Positions 62,884 through 64,000 of a DNA stretch of 64,000 nucleotides are shown here, in pieces. The translations under genes were made by a program, and so were the position numbers. The stretch spans positions 109,742,001 to 109,806,000 of the forward strand of contig NC_087437.1 in assembly GCF_036321535.1 (NCBI RefSeq), given 5' to 3'. The notes beneath the pieces are model-generated. The model searched no databases, was not told the origin of the DNA, and saw nothing but the letters and a program-made list of their open reading frames with translations. The first letter of the stretch is position 1; each line of letters begins with the position of its first letter. The DNA comes from Camelus dromedarius (Eukaryota).

Positions 62884-62898
62884 AGCGCCCCCTGGTGT
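62884..62898 (-). promoter_or_regulatory. CTCF core motif
   Basis: Minus strand ACACCAGGGGGCGCT versus consensus CCACCAGGGGGCGCT (14/15). Confidence 0.65.
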
Positions 62899-64000
62899 TC
62901 GGGTGGCATCACTACTCTTCCTTCAGTTAACTCAAAAAAGAAAGTTGCCACCAAATGTGTATATAATAAATAAAGCCTCCTGACTGTGAGCAAGAGAGAA
63001 GTTTTGAGGTTGTAATCTTTGACACCTAATACTGAATGCTGCGCCTAATCAGTTGTTTTATGACCATTATGGTTTTAGGGCACCACGGATCTGTTAATTC
63101 CCCTCTAAGCTCAGAATTCCAAGTGTTTTCCCCAAAATCTCACCCTGACCTCACCCCAAATACCTGAACATCTATGTATAATCTTTAAGTGGTGTACAGG
63201 TGCCTGCTTTCCCTTCAGGAATGGCTGTATATGATTCAGTGTTATTGGAAACACCTGGGTAACTAATTCATGAGTTTCTGTTATTGCTGCAAATCTGTAA
63301 ATGATAAAACTCTCTAAGAGGCTTAATAACTTGCCCGGGTCTTCACAGCCGGTAGGTCACAAAGACGGGATTTGCGTCTGGGTCTACACAACTCAGTGGT
63401 CTGGATAGTCTGACTAGTCTACCATGGTCTCATTCTTACATGTTTTATCTTGATCTGTTTAAACTCTTGTGTTTTTCATGAACAAAGCAGTCATATCCCC
63501 TCCAACAACATATACATGGATTCTTTACTTTCTAAGGATGATTGTGTGGTCCTCTTAACTGGAACTAAAGTTCCAGCAGTTAAGGGTGCCTCTGGTCCTA
63601 GGGAAAATTATGAGAAATATCCATTATTTAGGTCCTCCAAACCCTGCAATTCCAGTCTACCCTCCCTTCATCATCCATTGCCTTACCGAGGTTTTTGTTT
63701 TTTTTTTTCTCATATGCTTCAAACCTGATACTCTATTTAGCACCATAAAAACTAGCAAGAAACTCCCTTAAAATTAATGAAATGAAAGATATTTTAATTT
63801 TCAAAAGCCCTTTAAGATAACCTAGGGCTCCTTAAAAGTTGAGATCTAGAATAGTGTAGATAGGTAGCAGGTGCTTATTAATTATTTGTTGAATGAATGA
63901 TTCATGTATAAATGCAGTCTACTCGGGGTAGTCTTAAGAAAACTGGGTAACTTTTATAAAAAGGAAAATTCAGGAGATTGATGTTAAGATAGAGAGAAAG

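Noticed and set aside
1..64000. CRISPR array, operon-like system or second claudin gene
   Set aside because: No regularly spaced repeat-spacer array and no second claudin-like ORF or recognisable exons; the DNA is eukaryotic intergenic sequence. Small exons or lncRNAs cannot be excluded by eye.

Overview
Mammalian, AT-rich and repeat-dense genomic DNA, most likely from a camelid: two Vic-type tRNA-derived SINEs and artiodactyl-type L1 3' ends are present. The only protein-coding gene I can support is the intronless claudin-17 gene (CLDN17, minus strand, 35250-35927, 225 aa), with TATA/CCAAT motifs upstream and AATAAA signals downstream. The rest is intergenic: a decayed ERVL provirus split by an L1, MaLR/ERVL/ERV1 LTRs, L1, L2, MIR and small DNA transposons. 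Repeat families are assigned from remembered consensus sequences, and boundaries of old repeats are approximate. I found no convincing novel multi-gene system. The best leads are: a strong-Kozak 13-codon uORF in the CLDN17 leader; three His residues in the CLDN17 tail where I recall Tyr in human; a perfect p53/p63 element next to a TATA-like motif; a young 43-bp inverted templated duplication inside an old LTR; two L1s with 5' and 3' ends fused across a large internal deletion; an orphan TSD-flanked A-tailed insertion; and a near-consensus CTCF site.
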